From the human T2T-CHM13v2.0 reference genome, Homo sapiens, in assembly GCF_009914755.1 (NCBI RefSeq), contig NC_060927.1: 64,000 nucleotides of DNA, one strand, 5' to 3'. The position numbers were made by a program, and so were the translations under genes. This document shows positions 1 through 14,891 of this stretch, piece after piece. Every line of letters starts with the position of its first letter. The first letter of the stretch is position 1. The notes under the pieces were generated by a model. It did not search any database. It was given only the letters and a program-made list of their open reading frames with translations, and was not told the DNA's origin.

Positions 1-889
1 TTTAAAATTATATTTAACCTCACAAGTTTACTGAACTGTAGATTGATTAGATTTATTCCTTTGTAATCAGTGACTCGCATTTTCTTAATTTTCTTTCTAA
101 AAAAATAAAACATGCATTTGTTAGAGAATAGGCAAAATGTTACCCAGGTTAGAATTAATGCATTTTAGTAGTAATGATGTTATTACAGTGCTTATTTTGG
201 GAGATGGGAGTGGGTGGAATAAAAGTTATAGATGATTTACTGGAAACAGTGTATGATTCCTTAGGACTGCCCCCAAAGAAAGGTATAGCTTCCTTCTACT
301 TGTGAGTTTCTGAAGAATCAGTTTTAGTTGGTTTGGGCAAGGGGGTGTGAGCATGAAGTATGCCAAATTTACCAACTTAAAGGAGTTTGTATTACAAAAG
401 ATTTGATTGTGTAATTTGGAGAGTTCCTGTAGTGCATTTATAGTTGTGATTGTAACTCAATGCAAAGTTAGAGGAGTCTTTGAGTAAAGCAAGGCATTTA
501 TTTTATTTATTTATTTTTTGCAGTATTTTAATTAAAGATACATAAAATTTTTAAGGCATCTTCAGCTTTCTAACAAACCAGAAGAACATTTTCGTTCTTA
601 GCAATTAGGTAAACTGTATCAGCTATAAAAAGATCACTAAGCAAGTGCCTTTTCTAAGAGGTTCCCTCCCTTATTCTCAGAGCTGAACCTCTTCTAGGAA
701 TTTGCCAGATAAGATAAATGGCATATTCTGAGCATGGTTTAATCTTTGGATCCATGCTTATGGTTTCACAACTTAACATTTGGTACTTAGTTAAAGCACT
801 CTTAATAATACACATAATTCTGGATTTATTTCAGGTCATTAGAGATTATTTTTTCACAGTCTTACTATTATGGAAGAAAATATGTGTGT

Positions 890-1055
890 TTTGACATTAG
901 GTCCAGGTTTGAATCCTGTTCCTAGTATTGTGTCTTTGAGCAAGTTACTTGACCTCACTTTCCTCAACTGTAAAATGAGAATGTTGCTCAGGCTTATTGT
1001 AAGGACTCATTAAGATAAAGGTGTGCCTGCCCTAAAATAGACAATCATTAAGTGT
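890..1055 (+). mobile_element. MIR SINE fragment
   Basis: Core-like motifs ggtttgaatcct...gagcaagttacttgacctc...tttcctcaactgtaaaatgaga. Confidence 0.7.
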
Positions 1056-1156
1056 TCTTTTCCTCTATCTTGTTGATTTGTTAATTAGCATTTATATCTA
1101 GGGAAAGACAAAGTAGTCAAAATATGTCCATTTTGAAAAAGAGAAGTAGTTCTCTT

Positions 1157-1335
1157 ATTTTTTTTAGAGACAGATCTGGCTCTGTCACCCAGGCTGGAGT
1201 GCAGTAATGAACCCTGAGCTCCTGGGCTCAAGCAGTCTTCCCACACAGCCTCCTGAGTAACTAGGACCGTGGGCTTGCTTTCTTTTCTCTTTTCTTTCTT
1301 TTCTTTCATGGGTTCTCACTATGTTGCCCAGGCTG
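1157..1335 (-). mobile_element. Old (AluJ-like) Alu fragment
   Basis: tctgtcacccaggctggagtgcagt...ctcctgggctcaagcagtc after a T-run. Confidence 0.8.
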
Positions 1336-1435
1336 AATTTTTTTATTTTAAATAAGTAGTCACCATGTCTCTGTCCACATTACTACAGATAAAGAAAAAA
1401 GTTGGTTTCTCATAGTTTTTTAAAAATAGAGATCA

Positions 1436-1750
<315 letters not shown>

Positions 1751-2760
1751 TTACCTTTTTCTTTAGTGATTTTAACTTGTGACAGAGTTGGAAATTCTTC
1801 ATCCATCCTCTTGCTTTCTCAGTAATGTTGCAAGTAATCTCATGGTAAGAGTAAGGAAACCTAGGAGGAAAAGCTGTGGTGGAGAGCCAGTTAGGATCAA
1901 TTAAAAGATGAACAGCATGGAAAGCCAACCTGCCTTACTGTAGCATTGATACTCTGAGTTATACTTTTTCTGTGAGTGTAAGTATAATTAGCTTTAAACA
2001 CTGAATTCAAGCTCATTTAGTTATTTTGGAGCAGCAATTCCAGTAAATAAATATTTTCTTGTAGGTCTTTCTTACTTTCCACAGCTCTATATTTCTGTTC
2101 ATTCTCTCCATATCCACAATTTTTAATGCATCTGTAAATGCTAATAAATGTTTGATTTTTATTCTAAGAATGATTCATAGTAAATAGAAAGTTTATTTTT
2201 AAAAATTATCTTTTGACTTTATTTAGCATTTCCAGTTTACCATAATAGTTTAAAAAAGAAAATTCTGAACTCATTTTTCCCTCATGCTTCTGTAGCAGTA
2301 ATTGTAACACTTGATTTAAAATTGACTTATTTCAGTTTGAGTATGTATCTATACATACACACTAATCTGAAATATTTATACTACCACCATTGTAGGGTAC
2401 CGGGTATATATACTTTGTGCTGGAAGTAAAGACAGGAAGCCTTTTCTTAGGGAGCTTAAGTTTGGAAACTGGTTAAACCATCAAAATATAATGTGCTGAA
2501 TATAATAATTAAAAAGAAAACAAGGTATATAGTATTATAACATTAGGTGAAGGAAGGAAATTATTGATTCTGCTTCAGTTGATCTTTCTCATTTTAAAAG
2601 AGTCAAATCTCACTATGATAACTTTGAACATAATAGAAAACATCTTGATACCCTCATTGAAACAGTATTTTTAAACCATATTCTGGGATCTTGAAATAAA
2701 ATAGTCTCTTATTTGCTTAAGACTACCATATTGGTATCTTCATCGTAAATATGGCTAAAG

Positions 2761-2967
2761 CAGTGGTTCTCATACTTTAGTTTCTATCTGAATCGCCTAG
2801 AGAGTTTGTTAAAATAGATTACGGGGCCCCGCCCCAAGAGTAAATCTGGGGTGGGTCCAAATATTTACATTTCTAACAAGGTCTTGGTGGGTCCAAATAT
2901 TTACATTTCTGACAAGTTTCCAGGTGATGCTGATGATTCTGGTTCAGGGACTACACTTTGAGAACTG
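2761..2967. mobile_element. MER5A (hAT-Charlie MITE) with internal ~36-bp tandem duplication
   Basis: TIR-like ends cagtggttctca / ctttgagaactg; internal gaatcgcctagagagtttgttaaa and caggtgatgctgatg. Confidence 0.8.
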
Positions 2968-3169
2968 ATTTATCTGAACTCAAAAAATTTTAATGCCTTC
3001 CTCATATGAACCATTAATTGTTTCAAATCTATCATATCTAATTACTATCAGTATGCATTGAGTTACTATGTGCTAAGCACTGAATTCACTTATTCACAAA
3101 GACGAAGAAGTTATGGAACCTTTCTCAAAGAGCTCAATCTAATAGGATCAACAGTGGTAGTATTACAAT

Positions 3170-3350
3170 ACTCAAAGTAATCACTGTCTGTATTGAGTGC
3201 TCAGTGTGCCAAGTACTATGCATTATGTAAACTCATTTAATCCTCACAATTGGCATATAATCCTTATTTTAAATGAAAAAACTGAGGTCTAGAAAGGTTA
3301 AATAATTTCCCAGAATTCATATAGTGAGTATATGGAGGAGCCAGAATTTG
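3170..3350 (-). mobile_element. MIR fragment
   Basis: ctcatttaatcctcacaa...aaatgaaaaaactgaggtctagaaaggttaaataatttccc. Confidence 0.65.
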
Positions 3351-3755
3351 CTATTCTGCCTTTTTGCACTATAAAAAGTTTGCGAAGATTGGTAGACCCC
3401 AGAAAGGATGGAGTAATTGGCTCTACCTTAGAAAATCAAACAGCATCACAGAAGAGATGGCACTGGAGCATCTTAAGGGACAGGTCTAAGATAGCCAGAT
3501 GAATTGGAACTGTGAGCATTTCCAGCTGAGGGAGCAGTTTCTGCAAAGCCAAGGAAACCCGAGAGAACATATGTTCCACAGACTACAAATAGTTGTATAA
3601 GACCATAACACAATAGGCAGATGGAGTATAAGAGGAAAACAGACTGTATAAGGCAGAGGTCAAAGTCATAAAGAATTTTATATGCCAGGCTAAAAAGTTT
3701 TAAAAATAGAATTAGGCTTCTTAATTTTTCCTCCTATAACTTTCATTTGTAAGCC

Positions 3756-3933
3756 AGCAGTTCTCAAAGCATAGTCAGACAGTAGATTCCACATCATCTG
3801 GGAACTTGTTAGAAATGCAGATTCCTGGTTCCATGCCTACTGAATCAGAAACTCTGAGTGGGGGAGCCCAGCAACCTGAGTTTTAACAAGACCTCCAGAT
3901 GATTCTGGTGCATGCTAAAGTTTGAGACCCCTG
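3756..3933. mobile_element. MER5A (hAT-Charlie MITE)
   Basis: cagcagttctcaaag...catctgggaacttgttagaaatgcag...tgaatcagaaactctg...aagtttgagacccctg. Confidence 0.8.
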
Positions 3934-5446
3934 CAGTAGGTTATAGAATTCTTGAATAATAGCCTTCAAGATAGTTAAAGGTCACTATAGTGGTAGTAAT
4001 TATATTTGACACTGATTTATTCTATTAGAGTACAACACCTAACAGTTGAAATATTAACACCATTTAAGGGATACATCTTCATCATGATCTATTTATACCT
4101 TGCAAACCTGTTTCTTCTGTTGTCATAAAAGAGATCTTAGGACAAGAGTTTGTTAGGTCAGCATTCAAAGAATAGCATGCTAACTATTCTTCCTTAGCTA
4201 TGGGAATCATTCTAAAACTCGCTGACTGATTTTAATTATCAAAAAAAAAACCCCAGTAATTTTTGTTTTTTTTACTGCTTGTTAATACATAAAACTGATG
4301 TTGTAGTTAGTATTTAAGGTGTGCTATTTAAACCAAATGTGTTGAAGGAATCAAATGATTTAAGTCATGACATGACTTAAAAGTAATTCAATCTTTCCTT
4401 GTCATGTCAATAAAAATATAGAAAGTATAATCTGGGATTCCCAAGCAAACTAATTTAAATGCCTGTCACCGTCTTTTTTGCCAAAATGTGTTCAGTATTT
4501 GTGGTGAATATGTCTGCATGGTATCTGGCACTGAAGTATATACTAAAGCGTTATGGTTGACTTAGTGGTTCTGTAGTTTATAGTTACATATAGTCATACT
4601 TTGCACAGCTCACTAAAAGCATTTAAAGCCCAGCACATATAAAGTATTTGTTAATGATCCATAAATCCTTTCTAGATATTAGATATACAAAACCTCTTTT
4701 CATCTTAGAAATAGTAGCAGCAAGAAGTGAAGGTAGTATGCTGTAATTAATGTGGTTAATGCTCAAATAAACAAACGTAGTTTCCCATGTAATGATTCAA
4801 GATTTCAAGGATTTAGAAGTGGAAAGTCCATTGAGGCATTGACATCAACCCCTTGTTTTACAGATGGGGAAACTCAGATCCAGGGAAGTTAAATAGGTGA
4901 TTTGCTGATGTCCCATAGGAAGTGAATAGCAGGATATCACAGGACAGGATATTTCTGAGCCTCAATCTGATACAACATTATGGGTCCACACCATCTAAAG
5001 TAAAGTAGTTTCCAGGTATTTTAGCACTAAAATCTTAGGTGGAGTATACTTTATGAAGAATATTTAGTAACATATAAAAAATTATCTTTTCGTATTGATA
5101 CAATAAGCTACAGTATCAGATTTTTCTTTACAAGAGTAATTTTTAAAAACCTAATAACTGTTTTTAGAAATAAAATTCATTAAAAAACAATAAAAGGGTA
5201 TAAATTCCAGCTATTCTTACTACTTAATACATGGTAGAATATAAACCACCAAAGAGGACAATTAGCCTTCTGTGTTATTATCATACAATTGCTAAGGTGA
5301 TATTTGAACTTGGAATGTGCTTACAGGCTGGATAACTTTTCAGTTATTCCCAAGAAGAACTGATCTAAACCACACATACCTTATAGGTGATTTTTGCCAG
5401 CAAGTAACCTACAGTCAAATACATGTAGGTCTGCCAGAATGTTGTT

Positions 5447-5802
<356 letters not shown>

Positions 5803-6348
5803 TGAACCATTTTTAGAAGCCATTAAGTTTTTTTTAAAAAACTAGATGTTAAAGTATAAAACTTATACCAGAAAAGTCTTACTAAGAGGAGGGACTAGGA
5901 AAAAAAAAAGTCAAGCCATCATCTGAATTTTACTACAATAAGTAATTATTGGAATTTCTACATGAAAGGCAATTAGAATGTATAGTTGGTTAATGAAGAA
6001 ATTTAAGAGATACGGAGAAGACACTGCCCATTTAAAATGTATCCTTTTAAAACCACTGAACAGAGAAATTCTTAATACAATTGAGAGTTAGTTTTAAAGT
6101 AGCATACATGTATTACAGGCAAATTAGAAATGTTGGCACTACAAAGGACCTGTAGAAATCATCTATTTACTGAGACTTTCATTTTAGAAATGAGAGCTTT
6201 GAGTACTGAAATTGTCAGAACAGAATAAGCTATTTTAAATTACTGTATATTTGGTTTTAAGTGAAACACAAATGTCTTTTACATTCTTTTAAGAGTTGGA
6301 AGGGAGGTTAAATTTTTTAGAATAATAACATATTCTAATTTTTTCCAG

Positions 6349-6400
6349 TGCATCTGGGGGAGGTGTTGTAGCCATTGACAACAAAATAGAACAAGCAATG
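6349..6400 (+). CDS. TSC22D2: TSC22 domain family member 2, penultimate coding exon (52 nt; N-terminal part of TSC box)
   Basis: Acceptor ttttttccag|, donor ATG|gtaagt; reads (S)ASGGGVVAIDNKIEQAM, the TSC-box signature; joins the next exon in phase 0. Confidence 0.96.
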
Positions 6401-6785
6401 GTAAGTAAAAGTTTACAGTTCTCCCATTTCATAGATTGTTGGTTGTATGGAACACTTAGCTTTTGTCAGTTTTAGAAAACAAATAAGTTATTTAAACCAA
6501 AGATGACCAAATCATGTTTTTTGATAATGAGATTTAGTTGAAGATGCTAGAACGTTGAGAACTTTTAGTCTAGAAATACTATTTAAGTAGATATTTCTTC
6601 CATTTGAATATCTCACATTTCATGCATTATCATTGATAAGGGCCATTGGTGAGGGGGCATACATATTTAAAGACAATATGTTCCCCAGATATTTCAGCAT
6701 TGAAAATACTTTAGAGCGAAAAAGAGTATTAAAGCAAAAACAGCTGGAGGTCTGATTGAAGTAGACTGTAAGTAAGCTATAAGTA

Positions 6786-6907
6786 GGCCAGGCACAGTGG
6801 ATTGTGTCTGTAATCCCAGCACCTGAGCTGAGGTGGGAGGATCACTTGAGGCCAGGAGTTTGAGACCAACTTGGGCAACATAGCAAGACCCCGTCTCTAC
6901 AAAAAAA
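6786..6907 (+). mobile_element. Alu left monomer (FLAM/AluJ-like)
   Basis: ggccaggcacagtgg...gaggatcacttgaggccaggagtttgagacc...ccccgtctctacaaaaaaa. Confidence 0.85.
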
Positions 6908-6911
6908 GTTG

Positions 6912-7195
6912 GTATTTTTGTTTGTTTTGAGATAGTCTCGCTCTGTCACCCAGGCTGAAGTACAGTGGCATGATTTTGGGTCACTGCAACCTCCACCTCC
7001 CAGGTTCAAGTGATTCTCCTGCCTCAGTCTCCTGAGTAGTTGGGAGCACAGGCACACACCACCACATCTGGCTAATTTTTGTATTCTTAGTAGAGACGGG
7101 GTTTCACCATGTTGGCCAAGGTGGTCTCAAACTCCTGACCTCAGGTGATCTACACGCCTCAGCCTCCCAAAGTGCTGGGATTACCGGTGTGAGAC
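6912..7195 (-). mobile_element. AluS in last intron
   Basis: Antisense dimeric Alu, tail-to-tail with the preceding monomer. Confidence 0.9.
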
Positions 7196-7648
7196 CTTAC
7201 AGGACTGTTAGTCTCAAACTATTTTTTTAAAAATACCAAAATTTTAAAGTCCAAAATTACAGATCACTTTAAAGCAGTACTATGACTAGTTTAACATCAA
7301 ACAGCTTTCCGTTGGAATATTGTTCCTTTGTTCTCTTTATCTACCATTTTAAGCATGTGATTTTAAACTTTTTTTTTTTTTAATTCTAAGCTTAGTTGAC
7401 AATTTAAGAAGCTAGTATTTTTTGGAAATCGTCCCAAACTTTGAAAAGAAAATTCTGGGCTTACTGCTCTGGTTGGGAACTAGATTTTTTCCAACCCATC
7501 TTCCATAGGCTCGGTCAAGATAAAGCAGAAACATTAAAAGCAAGAGCAGGAAAACTAGTATAAAAACTTAGCACCAAGTAGGCCAGAACCAGATAGCACC
7601 ACCTTTATCTTTTCACTCTTTTGACATTCCTAATTTTGTTTTTCACAG

Positions 7649-7909
7649 GATCTGGTGAAAAGCCATTTGATGTATGCAGTAAGAGAAGAAGTGGAAGTTT
7701 TAAAGGAACAAATAAAAGAATTAGTTGAAAGAAACTCTTTACTTGAACGAGAAAATGCACTGTTAAAATCTCTTTCAAGCAATGATCAATTATCCCAACT
7801 CCCAACCCAACAGGCCAATCCTGGTAGCACTTCTCAACAGCAAGCAGTGATAGCACAGCCTCCGCAGCCAACGCAACCTCCACAGCAGCCGAATGTCTCC
7901 TCAGCATAA
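7649..7909 (+). CDS. TSC22D2: TSC22D2 terminal coding exon (TSC box end, leucine zipper, Q/P-rich tail, stop)
   Basis: Acceptor ttttgtttttcacag|GATCTGGTG; [42 protein letters not shown]...[13 protein letters not shown] ending 7909; C-terminus recognised as TSC22D2. Confidence 0.97.
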   Translation, partial: DLVKSHLMYAVREEVEVLKEQIKELVERNSLLERENALLKSLSSNDQLSQLPTQQANPGSTSQQQAVIAQPPQPTQPPQQPNVSSA

Positions 7910-9400
7910 AGCTTTCTTAAGCCTCATTAAGAAAAAAACTGAAAGCAATCTATCCTTGTGTGCCACTGGTGTTCTTTCCACTTTATACGAAAGCAAGTAG
8001 CCATGCTTTGGTTGTGTGTTTGGCCTTTTCAGTATTAGACAATCATTCTACAAGAGCTTTTCCTCTCTCTGAGATGTCATGCAGCGCTGTTGATGTCCAG
8101 TTCTATGTCATCAGTACACAAGGAGAATAATAGATGGGGTTTATTAAAGCGAGCAAAGTCTGCATTTTACCTGGTGCGCATGAGTGGGGTCTTTAAGAGT
8201 TTTGGTGGCTCTCCCATGTTTCCTATTACCCATGGATTTACCCTGAGCCTTCCTATCACATTATAAATAACAGTTCATCTAAAGAGCCACTTTTCTTTCT
8301 GATTCAGTAACATTTGCCTACATAAGTTTTCATTTATTTGTGTTTTATTTATTACAGGGCTGCTATTTTCATAATGTACATGAACAATGTCACAGAACTT
8401 TTTTAATTTTTTTGAATAATTATAAGTATCAGTAAAGGAAGTGAAAGACAGGATTGCATTTAATAGATAAAACGTTTAGGCAATAATTGAACAAAAGAAT
8501 CCTGGCATATTTCTAACACTAATGGCAATTTACTTATGGTATTTATTTTCAGTAGTAAAGACCCAGCTTGAATGTAAATTTTGTATAGTGTAAGTATGAA
8601 GAACATAGTGCAACTGTACAGGTAGTCACCAGTTATTGTGATATGATAAATAATTGGGCTATTTTGATGAAGAAAACTTTGTTCATTTGTTTCTACTTTC
8701 TAAGAGAAATTGCCACGATTCCTCTGCTTTTCAACATTTCGTATGACTTTTTTTTCGGGTGGGAATAAAAAGCTGTGAAATTGTTCAACCTACTTTGTAA
8801 CCAAAGAAGCAAAGCTGTGTAATGGAGTTTGGTTTTTTTTTGTTGTTTTTTTTTTTTGTCTTTTTTTTTTTTTATAATGCACATTCTTTATGTATTTTTA
8901 TTTAGTGTTTTCTCAGTCACAATTTTCTTTACTGTCTAGCATGATCTGCATGACCTATAATCTTTGAACCACTTTCGTACCTCATGTTTTTATCCAGCAC
9001 TCTTATTGTAATATGTACTAGTCTGTGAACAATGTCAAATAAAAGAGAACGAACAGGTAGTTTGGTGGAGCTGAGCTAGTGTACAATACACTAGTTGTAA
9101 AAAAAAAAAAAAAAAGTGAGCCATCTTTTGTTCATTTAAAATGGTGTTTTGAATTTCGTATGCAGAAAACGTTTTGTTACATTGCAGATTTTAATGTATT
9201 TAATAAATGCAACATGCAGATTAAGTGCAGTGTATACTGAGTATTTAAATTAAAATGTACATTTCATAAATACAGTTTCAAAAGAAAGCATCATTTTGTG
9301 TATACTAACACATTAAGTGTATGTCAGAAATTGATGTATAAATATATATTTTAACATTTTCTGAAATTAAACTGCAGTTTTGTTGAAATATTTGGCTCTA
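7910..9400 (+). other. TSC22D2: TSC22D2 proximal 3' UTR with candidate poly(A) signals
   Basis: Repeat-free AU-rich sequence after the stop; AATAAA at 8764, 9038, 9202; ATTAAA at 9249, 9366. Actual cleavage sites cannot be determined from sequence. Confidence 0.75.
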
Positions 9401-11712
9401 TATGTGTTCAAAATTTGACTAGATTTGTATTTTCACAGTTCAAAATACTCCTTAAAGACCTGTTAATAATGACTTACTGATAGTTCTTAAATTTTCAAAG
9501 TAAAACAATTTAAAGAATGCAAAAATAGTGAGCAATATTTGTACTCAATATTCATATTATGTTAGTGATACTTAAGTAGGAAATCCTTGTCTACCAAAAC
9601 TTTTACTTGAATTCAGAAAGGTGCCTGTAGAAATTAACATGCACTGCATCTGTAGCCAGCTAGCTAATCAGAGTTAATGAGAACCAGTAGTTAGTTCTCC
9701 GTGTTAAAAGACTTATTTGAAGTAAAAATTTAATCAGATTAGCCACAAACAAACAAGGCATAAAATTGGGATGTACATGAGATTGCCAAATATTTTCTAT
9801 TCTAGTTGTGCTGCAAGACATTGAACAAAATGTTAATGAATAACATTATAAATCAAGGAACTAAGTACATAGGCTTGAGTAAGCAACCCTAAGGATGTGT
9901 AGTAAGATTCCAAGTAGAGCTGCTACAGGTGAGATACTTAATGGAATGTGAAACTTCACTGTTGGACTGTTAACCGAAAAGGTTTGCTGGCTGTGCCCCT
10001 CCAGTGCTAACTGTGACATGTGATATTTAATACAGGTGGAGAAAAACTAGTCTTAGAAAGAGTTGGGATTTTTGTGAAAATAGATTCCATTTTGATTCTG
10101 GGGCTGGAAAAACACTTCATAAACAAAGTAATAGTCTCCAAGGAAATGAATAATAAGGTTTAAAATGGTAACAGCAGTTATTACTACTTTTATATTAAGA
10201 AAAACAGTAGAAAAGGAGAGAAAATATGGGTAGTTCACAGAAGAGATAAATGGCAGTTTCTAAAGGTTCAACCTCTAGTAACCTAAGAAATGCAAATTAA
10301 TGTTTTTGGCGAATTGTAATAAGTGTCCTAAGTAGCAGGACTTAACATAGAAAGAAAGACAGGCTTTCCTGTGTACTTTTAGAAAGTAATTTGGCAGTAT
10401 GTATCTAGAGCCTTAAATAATAAGTTTTCCAGTGTAACGACAGGAGAAGATACTCAACTCATGGTCCATTGTTCAAAAATGCAGAATTATTGTGGTGTCT
10501 GCCCTCTGCTTTCCCATCATCCCCTCCCCTCAAAATCCAAACTATCCCTACTGTCAACCCTTCCCCCAGCTGATTGTTTAGGATCTTAAGTAACTTCCAA
10601 TTCAGCTTTGGAGATTTAGTCTCCTGCTCCAAATAGTTGTAAATATTAACTGATTGAGATCCCAATTTGGAGGCACAGTCTTACAGGAATGCCATCTATC
10701 TAATTCTGTCAGTGTAATGCCCATAGAGCAAGGTCCCACATAAGCTTTTCTGTTTTAATTTAGCCGGTAAATCATAAGTAGAAATTTTTCTGATACGGTA
10801 ATTGTCTACAATTCAAACCTAACTTTCCCCAAATAAAATTTAGTTTGTTCCGATGTGATCTCACAGCTTGCCACACCAAAAACAAATAGTAGGGGTTAGG
10901 AGGCATTAAATAAACAGTTTCCTTAACTCCTGATTGTCCAAAATAGCTGAATTTTTCCAATTCTATTTATAATATCCTATGCTAATTAGAAGTATTGAGA
11001 TAACGTTTTATAATCAAGCCTCCAGTGACTGGGGATCACAGCTGCCATTATTCACAAGAATTTTCACAGGTGAATGATTATATTTCTCCAAGTTGCAAAC
11101 TCCAGTAATTCATGGACCTTTTTTTTAAAAAAAAAAAGTCTTAATAGAACCAGAATATCTCTGTTCTTGAAAATTTATCTTTGCAGAACCAGAAATAGCT
11201 AATTGTCTGGAAACAATTTTTAAGATTTGAAGTCACATTTTTAAAAGAAGCTTTATGGCTCAGTGGCAAGCACTTTGTGACATTTCTTTAATAATCCTAT
11301 GAAAAGGACAAAACCCAGCCCTCAAAATTGACAATTTGAGGACATAATAAGCCAACTGATAATGCAGTGAGGAATACTTGTTACTATGTACAGTCAGGGA
11401 TGGTTTTGTCAGGGTAGGTTTCCTCAAAAACATGACACCTGAGTCTTGAAGGTCATAAGAGCCAGAGGGAAGGGTGTTCCAAGCACAAGAAAGGAGAACT
11501 CAATGGCTTAAAAGTATAAACAAGGCTCCTAGGGCAGCCACAGAATTGCATTGGAGACAGGCAGGCAGTGACTTCCCCACTGACCTAGTATTTTGGCATC
11601 TATTCAGAAAGCAAGAATGATTTATTGAATGGTTTTAAGCAATGGGATACTATGCTCAAATTATGCTGGATGTGCACAATTCCAGTGGCAGATGGGAGGT
11701 TAGAGTAGCTGA

Positions 11713-12207
<495 letters not shown>

Positions 12208-14891
12208 TGCCTATTTTCTTGTCCCTCCAAAAAAAGATTAAAGAGTCCCAACTCATACTTGAAAGTTTGACTCGGTCTTTTCCTTCCAACAGTTATAAAT
12301 CTGTGAAATGAAAGTCTTTGTTTCCTTAAAGGGATTTCAAGAATTTAACAAAAGGGTTGGGGAATGGAACCTTTGCTGTCACTATGCCTGTCTCTCAATT
12401 CTACCCTAAAGGTAAACTAAATGGAATCCTTTTATGGTGACTAGGATTAGGATGTTGATTCCAAAGCCTTTCCCTAAAATCTATTCCTTGCTCCCTGGAA
12501 AGGATAATACAGGTTCTGGCCCCCACTGTAGGTACTGACAGCCCAAGGCAGAATAGGTTTTGCTAGGCTTTAGCCTTTTATTCTTTGACATAGGTCAGTC
12601 CTGCAGGCTTCTTTTTTCTAAGTCTCCTGCCTATCCAAAACCAGACCTTTTCTCCCACCTCCTTCTGCTTCAAGCCTCTTAATAATCCATATTTCTATTT
12701 TCTAGCAATAGTAATAGTTTATTATTTAGTGATGTATACTTGCACCCCATTTACTCCTTTTCAATATTTCAGGATACATCTTTGTCCTGTATTTCTGTAC
12801 CAGTTCACAGAATTTCTACAGCAAGATCCCTTTAAATGTATGGCTTTCCTTCATAGGTTGCAAGGATTACTTTATACAAGTGCTACTGTAACTATGTCTT
12901 TTGTGGAGTACAATTGGTATGACATGCTGTGTTCATAGATGAAAATGCTAAGTGAGGCACTCTGAAGCAAGTTAAAGTTCACAGACATTCTTGCTTGCCC
13001 ACCACCCCCCCGAACCCCGCCATGGAATCATCAAATAAGAAAAATAAGACAGATTTTCAGATTGGTGATGGCAAAGTAAGACGCTGGTATTTTGCACTGG
13101 CGCAGTCCATTTAGTTGTTGAATTTGTTCAGCATACCTGGATGGTGAGTGAGTTAGCTTTATTTTTCATTCTCAGCAGGGAAACTGATAGACTAGGCAGT
13201 TTGGGGAATTTTCCCATTGTCTACTGTCATGGGTCCATAGTATTTAAGTTTACAGACTACAACATTGTCCACAGAAGCCATATTTATCCCCTTGGAGGGA
13301 AGGGAAAGGTGTGCTAACTTAGATCATAAAAACAACTGAATTTTAAAACAAGGCAAATGCCACAGTTCAACTTCTCCATAAAAAAGTTAAGTTCATCTCT
13401 TCATTCTTTTGCATGCCTACAATATTTCCATATAACAACTGTAAAATACTCTTGCCTGCTGCAATCCAAATGTTATCCGGATCACAGTTCTTGCTGTCAT
13501 TTTACAGGCATGCAATGTATCTATAGATAGGTCATATCATACCTGAGGAAGATCAGAGACAGCAAGGGAACATTTTCCCCACACTTGAGATGGAAATAAT
13601 AACAGGTCAGTGGCTAATAAAAAGAAACATGTATGACTTTGTAAAACCCTAAAAGTGATGTTTTCAAGAAATTTAGGTTTCTTTTTTTTATTTTATAAAA
13701 AAAATGTTGACATGCAATTTAATTCTATTTCAATTTAGGTGCTGCAACCTGTACTGGATGTTTGGGGATAGAAAGATGAATGGGACATGATTTGTGTGCT
13801 CCAATGAGCTCAGTCCAGTGTAAGTGTAAAAGTTAAAGTGCCATATTGTTTATTCAGAGTATATGTTATAGTTTGTGAACCTTATATCATTTGTTAAATG
13901 AAAGGTTTTTATAAATCAACAGTAATATTGCCATCCCATGTAAAAATCCTTTGATATTGCCAGGAAACAACTTTAAATCACCAGAAAGCTTTAACATCAA
14001 ATAATACTTTTAGAAGGAGGGGAAAAGCCTTCCACCTCGACATCGAGCCTATGAAGTATTCCCTAAAAAAGAGGGACTAATCTGAGAAAAGTTTACACAT
14101 TTTTAATACTCTAAGTTGTAGATAATGAAATTGATTTAAATCAAAGTTAACTAGAATAGGATTCATGTGTCATGAATTATATTGTCTATTGTCTCATAAG
14201 CAACAAGTGACACTTATTATCTTGGCTGACAAAATCAGCTACCATTTAATGAACCAAGTTAAGAATAACTCAGGTGACTGATACCAAAAATAAATCTCTA
14301 ATACAGCTGAGAATCCAGAAACACAAATAATATGTTGAGTAAGTAATAAAAGTGACATTTCAAATTAGTAAGGAAAAAATGGATTATTCAACAAATAGTA
14401 TGGGATAGCATAACAATTTAGAAGAAATATAAAGTTAGATCTTTCACAAAAATTAATTCTAGCTAGACTAGCAGTTAGTCTTCTACTTTTTGGTTACTCC
14501 CTTTTAGAAATTGGAAGTTATGAAGCTATATACCCTGTCCATTTGAAAATGCACATAAGCAAAGAACTTTACAAATAGGTTATAAAGAGAAGCTCAATCT
14601 CAGCAAAATAAGGGAAGTGCACATTAAAACACAAGAAACCATCTCAGATCCAACTAATATTTAGCGTGCATACAAATCAAAAGCTGGAAAGGGTGTGGAA
14701 AAACAGGAATACATTGCTAGTGAGCATACAAATTGGCACAGCCTCTTTTAAAGACAATTGTGTATCACCCATTAAATTTTAAAAGTCACATACCCTGTGA
14801 CCTAACAATTCCAACTTTTAATGTCCTAAAGAAACATACATGTGTTCACAAGATAGCCTGTACAATGATGTCAATTGCACCTTTGCTTGTA

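Noticed and set aside
7605-7907. 100-aa minus-strand ORF overlapping the TSC22D2 last exon
   Set aside because: Antisense shadow of the real CDS; no independent support.
7655-7909. ORF-track 84-aa protein starting at 7655
   Set aside because: The start is an internal GTG (Val); the exon begins at the acceptor at 7649 and is part of spliced TSC22D2.
9099-9115. A17 run as a transcript end or retrocopy tail
   Set aside because: Genomic A-run inside the UTR of an intron-containing gene with no TSD; a likely source of oligo-dT internal priming.
13203-13215. NF-kB-like ggggaattttccc
   Set aside because: Spacing does not fit the canonical 10-bp GGGRNNYYCC; a single motif without support.
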